Below, piece after piece: positions 36,058 through 45,097 of a stretch of 64,000 bases of DNA. Numbering within the stretch: position 1 is the first letter of the stretch; the number at the start of each line of letters is the position of its first letter. Source of the stretch: Candidatus Sumerlaeota bacterium (GTDB taxonomy: Bacteria; Sumerlaeota; Sumerlaeia; JAFGJS01); NCBI GenBank assembly GCA_016928995.1, contig JAFGJS010000030.1, positions 37,776 through 101,775 of the forward strand. Direction: 5' to 3'. The notes beneath the pieces were generated by a model. It was not told the origin of the DNA, searched no databases, and saw nothing but the letters and a program-made list of their open reading frames with translations. A program made the translations under genes and the position numbers.

Positions 36058-38283
36058 CTATTCGTTCATCAGCACACTGCTGATGATTTCCTCCGCTGTG
36101 GTCAGCCCGGCCTTGATCTTCAAGATCGCATTTTCGCGCAAGGTCATCATGCCGTCCGCCACGGCGGCTTCCAAAATCGCCGACTCGGGGGCGTTATCGC
36201 TGATCAGATTGCGCAGTTTCGCGTTGATCACCATCACTTCATAGATGCCCACACGGCCGTGTTTGCCCGTGCCCCAGCAAGCGTCGCAGCCCTTGCCCTC
36301 GTAAAATTTTGGCTTGGATTCGGGCGGCAGGCCCAGTTCCGCCAGCATGGTCTTGGTGACGCGTTGCGGCGTCTTGCACTCCTGGCAGATCAGGCGCACG
36401 AGCCGTTGGGAGATGATTCCCGCCACCGAGGTGGAAATCAGGAAATGCGGCACGCCCATGTGGCCCAGCGATGAAATGGCGCTGGGTCCGGTGTTGGAAT
36501 GCAACGTGCTGAAAACCAGGTGGCCGGTGAGCGCGGCGCGCATGGCCACTTGCGCCGTTTCAGGATCGCGAATCTCTCCGACCATGATTACGTCCGGATC
36601 TTGCCGCAGGATTGAACGCAGTCCGCTGGCGAACGACACGTTCGCCCTGAAGTTCACCGGCACCTGGTTCACGCCGGGAAGCTGGTACTCCACGGGATCC
36701 TCGATCGTGACCAGATTGCGGTTCTCGTTGTTGATCAAATTCAGCGCGGTGTAGAGCGTGGTTGTTTTGCCCGAGCCGGTCGGACCGACGGTCAGGATGC
36801 AGCCGTAAGTGCGCTGCAGGAGCTTGCGCAGGGCGTCCTGTTGATTCTGCTCAAGCCCCAGGTCCGTGAGGCCGGCGACGACGGTCTGATTGCGCAGGGC
36901 GCGGATGACGATTTTCTCGCCCAGCATGCAGGGGAGCGTGGAGACGCGGAAGTCGTATTTGCTGCGTTCGCCCTGCAGGCTGAAGTTTCCATCCTGCGGA
37001 CGCCGCCGTTCCGTCACGTCCATGTTCGCCATCACCTTGACGCGCGAGATGATCTCGGCCATGATGCTGCGCGGGAGATCGCTGATCTTATGCAGCACGC
37101 CGTCGATGCGATAGCGCACGCGCAAGGCTTCCTGCGTCGGCTCCATGTGAATGTCCGTCGCGTTGGCCCTCATGGCGTCTTCGATGATCTTCGAAACCAG
37201 CTGCACAGTGGTCATGCTGTCCACTGCGCTCTCTTCATCGGCGTCAGCCGCCGCATGGAATCCCTGTCCCGCGCTCATTTTTCCACTCGCTATCTCCGCC
37301 TTTTCCTTTGCGGCTGTATTGGCGCGCAGGCTTGCTTCGCGCACGCTATAGACTTGGTTGATGCAGTCGATGATTTTATTCTGCGGCGCGCCGGACATGC
37401 GCACGGGGCGGCAGGTAAGCAGCGAGAGCGTGTCCGCCAGGCTGAAATTCAACGGATCGGCCACGGCGATATGCAGATACTCAGGGCGGTATTCCAACGG
37501 CAGGAAAGTTTCCCGCCGGACGCAGCCAGTGGGGAACAGCGCGGACGCGTCGTCCGAGACCATCTCTGGTTTCAGCGACAAGGTGGGCAGTTCAAGCGGC
37601 TCGCTCAGCAGTTCGACGAACTTGCCTTCCGTTATTTTGCCCCGCTGAAACAGCGCTTCGCAGAAGTACTGGTGCGCGTCGATGGCCTCCTGCAGAATCT
37701 CGTCGAACAGCGCCTCTTCCACGATCTCATTGAGACTGAAGATGCGCCGGATCTGATTCATCCGATTGTCGTCGTAATACGGATGCTCCGAGTTTCGCGC
37801 GGCCGCGCTGATTATGTTAGCATCGAGACGGCGGCGCTCGAACAGATCGCAATACAGGTCGTCCTGATCTTCGTTTTTGAATTTTTTCAACGCAGCTTTC
37901 AGCTCATCCTTCAATGCCGGCTTCAGCTCGATCAGGACGCCCAGAAACGTCTCGGCCGGCGTCTGATTGAGCCGCAGGATATACAGCATCTCGTCATCCT
38001 GCAGGTTGACCGGCTGCAAACCGTCAGTCCGGTTGGCGCCGGTTTTTTTGTCCTTGCGGCTGCGGAAGGGATTAATGTCCTGATTGGCGATTTCGAGCAG
38101 CGTGTCGCGCGAAACCTGGGCCAGTTCCTTGAACGCCGAGGTGGAGACGTCGCTTTTCATGATATCGATCAGCGATTTGCCATCATAGGCGCGCATCGAT
38201 GATTGCAGCCGCTCATGGAGAGCGTCGGTCAGGATGCCCATCTCGCGACACAGGTTGATCAGGCGGTAAGGTTGCACTTTCAT
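36058..38283 (-). CDS. GspE/PilB-family secretion/pilus assembly ATPase with extended (~300 aa) N-terminal region
   Basis: Walker A LTVGPTGSGKTTTLYTALN, Asp box, Walker B and His box. Tetracysteine motif CQECKTP...CDAC. N-terminal T2SSE_N-like domains. Confidence 0.85.
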   Translation of the reverse strand: MKVQPYRLINLCREMGILTDALHERLQSSMRAYDGKSLIDIMKSDVSTSAFKELAQVSRDTLLEIANQDINPFRSRKDKKTGANRTDGLQPVNLQDDEMLYILRLNQTPAETFLGVLIELKPALKDELKAALKKFKNEDQDDLYCDLFERRRLDANIISAAARNSEHPYYDDNRMNQIRRIFSLNEIVEEALFDEILQEAIDAHQYFCEALFQRGKITEGKFVELLSEPLELPTLSLKPEMVSDDASALFPTGCVRRETFLPLEYRPEYLHIAVADPLNFSLADTLSLLTCRPVRMSGAPQNKIIDCINQVYSVREASLRANTAAKEKAEIASGKMSAGQGFHAAADADEESAVDSMTTVQLVSKIIEDAMRANATDIHMEPTQEALRVRYRIDGVLHKISDLPRSIMAEIISRVKVMANMDVTERRRPQDGNFSLQGERSKYDFRVSTLPCMLGEKIVIRALRNQTVVAGLTDLGLEQNQQDALRKLLQRTYGCILTVGPTGSGKTTTLYTALNLINNENRNLVTIEDPVEYQLPGVNQVPVNFRANVSFASGLRSILRQDPDVIMVGEIRDPETAQVAMRAALTGHLVFSTLHSNTGPSAISSLGHMGVPHFLISTSVAGIISQRLVRLICQECKTPQRVTKTMLAELGLPPESKPKFYEGKGCDACWGTGKHGRVGIYEVMVINAKLRNLISDNAPESAILEAAVADGMMTLRENAILKIKAGLTTAEEIISSVLMNE

Positions 38284-38287
38284 GGGC

Positions 38288-38782
38288 TTAGCTTCCTATC
38301 AGGGGCAACGGCGCCCGGTCCGGATTGTTGGGATTCCACAGCCACTGTGTGATTTTGTCCGACGGCGGCAATTCATCCAAAGTCTTCATCTGCGCTTCGG
38401 GCTTGCCCCGGAAAAGACGCAATTCAACCAACCAGTCTCCTTCGCTGGGCTGCACGCCATTTGCCGCGTAGCGCGCGTCGCCGGTCTCGATTTCTTCCTT
38501 AATGACCACGATGAAGGAGGCGCCCAGCGCGGTGTTGCTCAGGTCCATCTGGACAATCAGCCATTGAGCGGCTTCCAGATTTTTCAGGTTGGCCGGCAAC
38601 AGCGCCGCTTGCATCAGCATGCGCTCCTGGATCCGGCGCTCCACGTTGGCTGTGTTGCGATAGCTCATTTGCCACGCCGCGCTGGCCGAAGTGGCCACGA
38701 TCACCAGGATCGCCAGCACGCCCAGCGCAACCATCAGGATAAAGCCGGAGCGGCGTCGTTGGATGGTGTGTTTGCATATCAT
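38288..38782 (-). CDS. small membrane-anchored protein, possibly a truncated GspK-like minor pseudopilin
   Basis: N-terminal RRRSGFILMVALGVLAILVI resembles the GspK N-terminus (RQRGVALLxVL...). Only 164 aa. Weak assignment. Confidence 0.35.
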   Translation of the reverse strand: MICKHTIQRRRSGFILMVALGVLAILVIVATSASAAWQMSYRNTANVERRIQERMLMQAALLPANLKNLEAAQWLIVQMDLSNTALGASFIVVIKEEIETGDARYAANGVQPSEGDWLVELRLFRGKPEAQMKTLDELPPSDKITQWLWNPNNPDRAPLPLIGS

Positions 38783-39384
38783 GGCAGCGCAACCCCCGAG
38801 TTGAGGATCACCGGCCGCGTCATGACCTTGGCGCGGTCCTGGACCGTGACGCGATAGCGCACGAAGCGCGGCCGCTGGTTTTCCGGATACTGCTCTTGAA
38901 TCTGCGGTTCGATGTTTTCATCGAACGCATCGGCGAAAAAGAACTCGACGTCGGAGTTATACAGGTCGGATTGCCCTCCGGCCATTTGCTCGCGGGATCC
39001 GTATTTTGCGGCGACGGCGCGCGACTCGCCGTCGTCCGAGGTAGGCTTGTTTTCAATCACGACGAGTTGCCAGGGTGCGTCCGCCGAGGCTCCTGCGCGA
39101 GAATAAAGGGCGATGCGCCGGTTGCGGAATTTTTCTTCGGTTCCGGCGGGCTTTTCCACGCCATACGCGGCCGGGTTCAGGGATTGGCTCAGCGCGGCGC
39201 TGATCGTGTTGGAGATCATCAGCGCTTCATCCAGGGCGTGAGCTTGCAATATCTGGCGGCGGGCGACTTTGTCCGTTTGATCGTAGCAAGTCCAGATCAT
39301 GCCCAGCACGGCCGCGCCGACGGCCGCGCAGATCGTGGTTTCAATCATCGTCATACCGAGTCTGCGGGAATGGCGTCGCATCAT
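38779..39384 (-). CDS. type IV pilin-like / pseudopilin (prepilin N-terminal methylation motif)
   Basis: RRLGMTMIETTICAAVGAAVLGMIW matches the G-(F/M)T(L/M)IE class III signal plus hydrophobic helix. 4-bp overlaps with both neighbouring genes. Confidence 0.6.
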   Translation of the reverse strand: MMRRHSRRLGMTMIETTICAAVGAAVLGMIWTCYDQTDKVARRQILQAHALDEALMISNTISAALSQSLNPAAYGVEKPAGTEEKFRNRRIALYSRAGASADAPWQLVVIENKPTSDDGESRAVAAKYGSREQMAGGQSDLYNSDVEFFFADAFDENIEPQIQEQYPENQRPRFVRYRVTVQDRAKVMTRPVILNSGVALP

Positions 39385-39845
39385 GCCCCTCCCTTCGCGC
39401 CGACCTGCCCGGCGATTTCCATGGAATCCCACAGATCCCCGGCTTCATCGGGTTTCAGCCGGTTTTTGCGGAAAAACACCCGGATGTGATATTCCACGAC
39501 GCTGCCGGAATGATTCAGTTCCGCGCGCCAGGAGTAGTTGGGATCGGCTTGAAACGGCTTGGTGGCGGAGGCCGCGGGCAGTTGAGCCGCTTGCTGGCCC
39601 TGCATGGCGGCGAGCAAGGCGTCATAGCCGGCGGCTTCAAATTCGGCGGCTTTCATGCGGGCCAGTTCCACGGCGATGGCGCGATTGACGGCGCGCTGGT
39701 TCGCCGCGAAGTTGGTGCGCAGGATATTCATTGAGCCGTAGATGCCGAACGTCAGCACCAGCATGGCAAAGAGAATTTCGAGAAAACTAAGACCCGCGCG
39801 GCGAGAGCGCGGAGACAAGGACGGTCCAGAACGTCTTGGCAGCAT
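39381..39845 (-). CDS. pseudopilin (GspI/GspJ-like, prepilin-type N-terminus)
   Basis: SRRAGLSFLEILFAMLVLTFGIYGS has a G-LSFLE prepilin cleavage motif. Start taken at MLPRRSG; the ORF extends to 39914. Confidence 0.55.
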   Translation of the reverse strand: MLPRRSGPSLSPRSRRAGLSFLEILFAMLVLTFGIYGSMNILRTNFAANQRAVNRAIAVELARMKAAEFEAAGYDALLAAMQGQQAAQLPAASATKPFQADPNYSWRAELNHSGSVVEYHIRVFFRKNRLKPDEAGDLWDSMEIAGQVGAKGGA

Positions 39846-40032
39846 AGCTGAACCCCTGTGGTTATGGCGAGTTGGAAGCGGATGCATGGCCTCTGCATGC
39901 ATCCGCTTCGTCATTCCGTATCGGCTGTTGAAACCAGCGAGTTAAATCCTAAATTTCAATAAACCACAAAAAACGCCGGTTTGTCCAACAATTTCATCAT
40001 GACCGCAGGTTTTGGTTTGTTTTTTATTTCGC

Positions 40033-41067
40033 TTAAACCGTCGCCGCCGGGGTGGCTTTGACCCAGTTTTTCGCTATCAGCAGTTCCGCGATTTGAACCG
40101 CATTAAGCGCCGCGCCTTTACGGAGGTTGTCGCTCACGATCCACATGTCGATGGCGTTGGGATTGGAGATGTCCTGACGGATGCGTCCGACGAACGTCTC
40201 GTCGCGGCCTTCGCAGTCGCGTTGCAGCGGATAGACGCAGTTGGCCGGATCGTCCTGCACCTCCACGCCGGGCGCATGGCGGAGCATTTCGCGGACTTCA
40301 TCCGCGGAGATGGGATTGATCATTTCGACGTTCACGCACTCGGCATGGCCGCGATACACCGGCACGCGCACGGTCGTCGCGGTGGCCATGATCGATTGGT
40401 CGCCAAGGATCTTGCGGGTTTCGTTGACCATCTTCATTTCTTCCTTGGTGTATCCGTTCTCAAGGAAGCTATCGATGTGCGGCAGGCAGTTGAACGCGAT
40501 CGGATGCGGGAACTGTTCGCATTTCAGCTCGCCGCCGGTGGTCAGTTGCTGCCGGGATTGGATTGTCAATTCCTCCATCGCCTTCATGCCTTTGCCGGAG
40601 GTCGATTGATAGGTGGAGATCACCAGCCGTTTGATGCCGGCCTTGCGGTGGATCGGCGCCAGCGCGACGACCATCTGGATCGTCGAGCAGTTGGGATTGG
40701 CGATGATGCCGGGATGCCCCTGGCAGGCGTCGGGATTGACTTCGGGCACGACCAGCGGGATGTGCGGCTCCATACGGAAGGCGCTGGTGTTGTCGACGAT
40801 CGTGGCGCCGGCCTTGAGGATGGCAGGAACGAAGCGCTTCGAGACGCTGGCGCCGGCCGAGGCCAGCACAATGTCCACGTCATCGAAGGATGCGTCGGTC
40901 AGTTCTTCCACGGCGTATTCCCGTCCGCTGACGGTGATTTTTTTACCCGCGCTGCGCGCTGAAGCGAGCAGTTTCAACGAGTCGTACTGGAACTTACGCT
41001 GTTCCAGAATATTCAGCATTTCCTGTCCCACGGCGCCCGTGGCGCCCATCACGGCGAGTCGTAGCAT
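40033..41067 (-). CDS. asd: aspartate-semialdehyde dehydrogenase
   Basis: MLRLAVMGATGAVGQEML NAD(P)-binding N-terminus. Catalytic region NPNCSTIQMVVAL. The ORF extends to 41154, but a start at Met 41067 fits family N-termini. Confidence 0.85.
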   Translation of the reverse strand: MLRLAVMGATGAVGQEMLNILEQRKFQYDSLKLLASARSAGKKITVSGREYAVEELTDASFDDVDIVLASAGASVSKRFVPAILKAGATIVDNTSAFRMEPHIPLVVPEVNPDACQGHPGIIANPNCSTIQMVVALAPIHRKAGIKRLVISTYQSTSGKGMKAMEELTIQSRQQLTTGGELKCEQFPHPIAFNCLPHIDSFLENGYTKEEMKMVNETRKILGDQSIMATATTVRVPVYRGHAECVNVEMINPISADEVREMLRHAPGVEVQDDPANCVYPLQRDCEGRDETFVGRIRQDISNPNAIDMWIVSDNLRKGAALNAVQIAELLIAKNWVKATPAATV

Positions 41068-41309
41068 TTTGATTCCTTGCACACCTCTCGGTTTGTGGTC
41101 TTTTTTCCCGGCTGCCTGTGGCAATCCAAGGCGATTGTTCTTTTCGTTGAACAAACTGGGACTTGCAAGCGCTTTTTGCAGAACGAAGCTTCAATTCAGA
41201 AATTAGGCGCTGTAGCCGCCGCATGCGGAAAATTTCTCTTGCTCTTGCGTTCCATCCTGCTCTTGGTATTCTTGTGTCGCGAGATGAGGATTCAGGCGCG
41301 AAGAATTTT

Positions 41310-43376
41310 ATGATGCTTTCACCATCGGGCAATGCTTTTCAACGCTGGGAACGGGAACGCTGGCTGGGCGCGCTGCTGGCCGGACTGGTGTTTTTATTGT
41401 ATTGGCTGACGATGGCGCCGGGCGTGATGACGGACGATTCGGCGGAGTTTCAGCATCTGTGCCGCACGCTGGGCAAGACGCATCCGCCGGGCTATGCCTT
41501 GCTCTTGCTGGCGGGACGCGCCTTCGCCGCGCTGCCGCTGGGCGCGCAGGCCTGGCGCATGACGCTGCTTTCCGTGGCGTCCGGCGCGGCGGGCGTATGG
41601 CTGCTGTATCGTTTGCTGATCCGCCTGGGTCTGCGCGGCTGGATCGCCTTTTTCAGCGCGGCGGCGTTCGCCGTGTCGCACACCTTTTGGATGCAGTGCG
41701 TCATGCCGGAGGCCTATGCGCTGAATGTGGTTTTCCTCGGCGCGCTGGCGCACATGGCGCTTGGCGTGCGCGAGGGCGGACCGATGGCGCGGCGCTGGCT
41801 ATGGGCCGGAGCGCTGACCTCTGCGCTGGCCGCCGGCAATCATCAGACGCAGGTTTTCCTGACGCCTGCCTTGTTGTTGTGGGGCGTCTGTTACGCCCGT
41901 GCGGGCGGTTTGAACGGGAAGGACTTCGCCGCCGCCGCCGCGTTTTATCTGCTGGGATTGACGGTGTTCCTCGTATTGCCATTACGTTTTGCCGCGATTC
42001 CCGGAGCGATCGCGGAGGGGCGCACGCCTTGGACCGAGGCGCTGAATTTAATTAGCGGCGGTCCCAGCCGGGGGCTGTTTATCGGCTTCGACTGGCCCCG
42101 TCTGGTCAAGCGTGTGGCAACGTATATCGGATACCACGGTCTGCAGGTTCCGGGATTAGCGGGATTGGTCATCCTGATCGGGTTCGCGGTTGCCCTGAAG
42201 CGCGACCGGGCGCTGCTGGCGCTGCTGATTTATATCTGGGGCGTCACGGTGGGGTATGCCACGTTCTTCGACAGCAGCGACGTGTATGTCTTCTACATCC
42301 CGGCCTATTGGGTCGGCGCCGTGTTGCTGGCGTATGGGTTGAGCGGAGCTGACGGATGGCAGACGCAGCGCCGCTGGAGCCCGATGTGCAAATCAGCCTT
42401 ATCTATCACGACGCTGCTAAGCCTGATCATCATTCCTCCGGCCACGTATTTCTATCTGCCCGGCTGGATCGAACGGCACGGCTCGGAGCGTCTGCGCAAT
42501 CTCAGTCAGGACAAAGGCAATGTCTATTACTTGCAGCCGTGGAAGCTGCGTTACACCTTCGCGGAGGATGCGATGCGGCACTGGCTGCGTGCCGCCCGTC
42601 CGGGCGAGGCGATCATCACGGACTGGAATTTTTATCACACCGCGCTGTACTTGCAGCGCATCGAGCGGTTTTGTACGGACGCGCGGACGGTGAACGTGGA
42701 GTATCCCTCGATGGGCGGGATTGAGGATTGGCGGCGATACCTCAGCCTGCGGCTGGATGGATATTGGCCGGAGGAATTTCTCATCACCAGCATCGAACCG
42801 CCGTTGGCGCAGCATTGCTTCGTGGAGTGCTTTGGCGCCGGATATCGCGTGAACACGACCCAACATCCTTTGCGTCGGGCATTGCGTCATCCCATCGAGT
42901 TGGATTTGGCGCGATTGCCCCAGCATCGTGATTTTTCCGGCGGCGCGCTGCCATACTGGACGCAATATGAGAAGTATCTGTTCTGGGACCGGTTTGATTT
43001 TCGCAACGGCGTGATGCCGGACGCGCCGGATGAGCCGGCATGGGAATGGATGCGCGGCAGCCGCCTGTGTTTCCGTTTTCGCAACATCGCAACGGATGAT
43101 TTCCATCCGCGGGCGTATTGCCTGGAGTTGAACCGGATCGGCGCGGCGAAGCGGTTGAGCTTCAATCGCGCTTTTCATCGCGAGCGCGGCATGGAGCCGT
43201 ATTTCATCACATTTGCGCCGGAGCATCACGGCGGCGAGCTGGATGCGGACACTTGGATCGGCGGTTATTGGCCGCCGGGGCGCTATGCGCTTTATCTGCG
43301 TTTGAGCGAGAGCGACGGCTTTTCTCCGGACAATACGAACCGGGTCTGGCGTTTGGGGCAAGTCGTCTTGCACTGA
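41310..43376 (+). CDS. DUF2723 / GT39 (PMT)-like polytopic membrane glycosyltransferase-like protein
   Basis: N-terminal LLYWLTMAPGVMTDDSAEF plus ~10 TM segments and a large C-terminal soluble domain. This is the pattern of DUF2723/TMEM260-type and dolichyl-phosphate-mannose protein mannosyltransferase-like proteins. Start taken at MMLSPSG. Confidence 0.55.
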   Translation: MMLSPSGNAFQRWERERWLGALLAGLVFLLYWLTMAPGVMTDDSAEFQHLCRTLGKTHPPGYALLLLAGRAFAALPLGAQAWRMTLLSVASGAAGVWLLYRLLIRLGLRGWIAFFSAAAFAVSHTFWMQCVMPEAYALNVVFLGALAHMALGVREGGPMARRWLWAGALTSALAAGNHQTQVFLTPALLLWGVCYARAGGLNGKDFAAAAAFYLLGLTVFLVLPLRFAAIPGAIAEGRTPWTEALNLISGGPSRGLFIGFDWPRLVKRVATYIGYHGLQVPGLAGLVILIGFAVALKRDRALLALLIYIWGVTVGYATFFDSSDVYVFYIPAYWVGAVLLAYGLSGADGWQTQRRWSPMCKSALSITTLLSLIIIPPATYFYLPGWIERHGSERLRNLSQDKGNVYYLQPWKLRYTFAEDAMRHWLRAARPGEAIITDWNFYHTALYLQRIERFCTDARTVNVEYPSMGGIEDWRRYLSLRLDGYWPEEFLITSIEPPLAQHCFVECFGAGYRVNTTQHPLRRALRHPIELDLARLPQHRDFSGGALPYWTQYEKYLFWDRFDFRNGVMPDAPDEPAWEWMRGSRLCFRFRNIATDDFHPRAYCLELNRIGAAKRLSFNRAFHRERGMEPYFITFAPEHHGGELDADTWIGGYWPPGRYALYLRLSESDGFSPDNTNRVWRLGQVVLH

Positions 43377-43385
43377 GCTTTGCGG

Positions 43386-44888
43386 TTAAAGCGGAAAGCT
43401 TAGGCGGAAAGTGGTGCGTTCCTCATCGCTGAGGACGTCGATGGAGCCGCCGTTGAAATTGACGATTTGATAGGTGATGGAGAGGCCGAGTCCGCTGCCT
43501 CCCTCGCGATGCGAATAGAACGGCTCGAAGATGTGGTCGCGATCTTCATGCGGAATCGGCGGACCGTTGTTGCTGATCGCCACGCATTGCACTTCGCGTT
43601 TCGCTCCGCGTTCATCTTCCTCCTCGGCAAGCTGCGTTTTCACTTCAATGAAGCCGTTTTCCTCGGGGGCGAATTCATACGCGTTTTCCAGGATGTTGTT
43701 GAAGGCCTGAAGCAATTTTTCCGCGAAGTAATTTTTTTGCGGCAAGCCGCCATAGGTCTCGCGGAGCTGGATGTTTTTCTTTCCGCCGGAGTCGCGCATT
43801 TTGAGATTGTGCAACGCTCGCGCGGCTAATTCGTCCAGCGAGACGATCTCCAGGTTGCTTTCATCGGGTTGGGAAAAATCGAGCAGTTCGCGGACCACGT
43901 GATCCAGCCGCAGGGATTCCTTGGCGATGATGTCGGCGAACTTGCGGCTCTCGCTGCCTTCCGGGATGTCCTGCTGCAGGAGCTGCGCCATGCCGCGGAT
44001 GGAAGCGAGCGGATTGCGGATCTCATGCGCCACGCCCATCGCCAGAGTGCCGGCCGTGGCCAGGCGGTCCGTGCGATTCAGGCGATGATGGAAGGATTTA
44101 TACTTGGTTAGATCGCGGATGTTGAGGCTCAGGCCGCGAATCTCATCGTTTTGCCCGCGCAGGATCGAGGTCGTGGCCACCAGCGGGAACGGCGATCCAT
44201 CAGCGCGCAGGATCGAAGTTTCCACGGAATGGACCATCTGCCCGTCGTCCAGCCCCATGCGCGAGAATTCGATCAAGGGCTCGATGCCCCTGCGCATTTT
44301 TTCCAGTTCCTTGATTTTTTTGCCCATTACGTCTGCGGCGGAAAGTTCGAGGATTTGTTCGGCGGCTTTATTCATCGCAGATATCCGGCTATCCGCGCCC
44401 ATGGTGATCAGACCGCCGGTGTAGCATTCCAGAATCAGCTGGTTGCGCTCTGCGATGGTGTGGTTCAAGGCTTGGATCATATGGTTGAACGAGCGTCCCA
44501 GATTGGAAAATTCATCCTGAGTGCGGATATCGATTGATGTGTCCAAATTACCTTGCGCGATCATGTCGATTAGATTGATCATACGGTTGATTTGTTTTGT
44601 GATGTAATAAGCCAGCAGGGCGCCGAACACCGCCGCGACAAGCACCAGCAGTCCGGAGGTCAACATCAGGACGATGAAGGAATCATCCAGCGCCTGTTGC
44701 AAGCTTTCGGTTTTTCTGGTGTAATAATCGAATACGTTGAATTGGATCACGCCGGAAAAGATCGGCAGGCAGACCATCAGCACCGGAATGATAATGATCA
44801 GCCGCAGCCGGGTGCGCTCTTTGCGCAGGTCCGATTTGCCCGGCCATGACCGCGGCGCTGGATGTTGGGAGTCCGCCGATTTCATCAT
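43386..44888 (-). CDS. sensor histidine kinase (TM-HAMP-PAS-HisKA-HATPase_c)
   Basis: HAMP (IAQGNLDTSIDIRTQDEFSNLGRSFNHMIQAL), H-box MGVAHEIRNPL, G-boxes GSGLGLSI. The ORF extends to 45098; the start is probably the Met at 44888. Confidence 0.8.
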   Translation of the reverse strand: MMKSADSQHPAPRSWPGKSDLRKERTRLRLIIIIPVLMVCLPIFSGVIQFNVFDYYTRKTESLQQALDDSFIVLMLTSGLLVLVAAVFGALLAYYITKQINRMINLIDMIAQGNLDTSIDIRTQDEFSNLGRSFNHMIQALNHTIAERNQLILECYTGGLITMGADSRISAMNKAAEQILELSAADVMGKKIKELEKMRRGIEPLIEFSRMGLDDGQMVHSVETSILRADGSPFPLVATTSILRGQNDEIRGLSLNIRDLTKYKSFHHRLNRTDRLATAGTLAMGVAHEIRNPLASIRGMAQLLQQDIPEGSESRKFADIIAKESLRLDHVVRELLDFSQPDESNLEIVSLDELAARALHNLKMRDSGGKKNIQLRETYGGLPQKNYFAEKLLQAFNNILENAYEFAPEENGFIEVKTQLAEEEDERGAKREVQCVAISNNGPPIPHEDRDHIFEPFYSHREGGSGLGLSITYQIVNFNGGSIDVLSDEERTTFRLSFPL

Positions 44889-45097
44889 TCGCTTCTTTTG
44901 CGCGGACGCGTCTTTGGCTCCGCCGCGGAAAAATAATGGCGCTGAATTCATCGCGGAGCGAGGACGCGTCTCTTTCGCCAGTTGAACTGCAAGAGTGATT
45001 GACGCCCAGCGATATTTAATAATAGAATGTTGATGACACGTGCAACAGGAAAGATCAAATCCGGCGGAATGAATATGAAAGGCGCGGCCGAGGATCA

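Noticed and set aside
36841-38202. 453-aa plus-strand ORF
   Set aside because: Antisense to the well-supported GspE/PilB gene. It has no recognisable motifs. This is typical long shadow ORFs in high-GC DNA. The same applies to 4501..5646, 9892..10929, 24770..25717, 31171..32034, 40012..40962 and 45806..46699.
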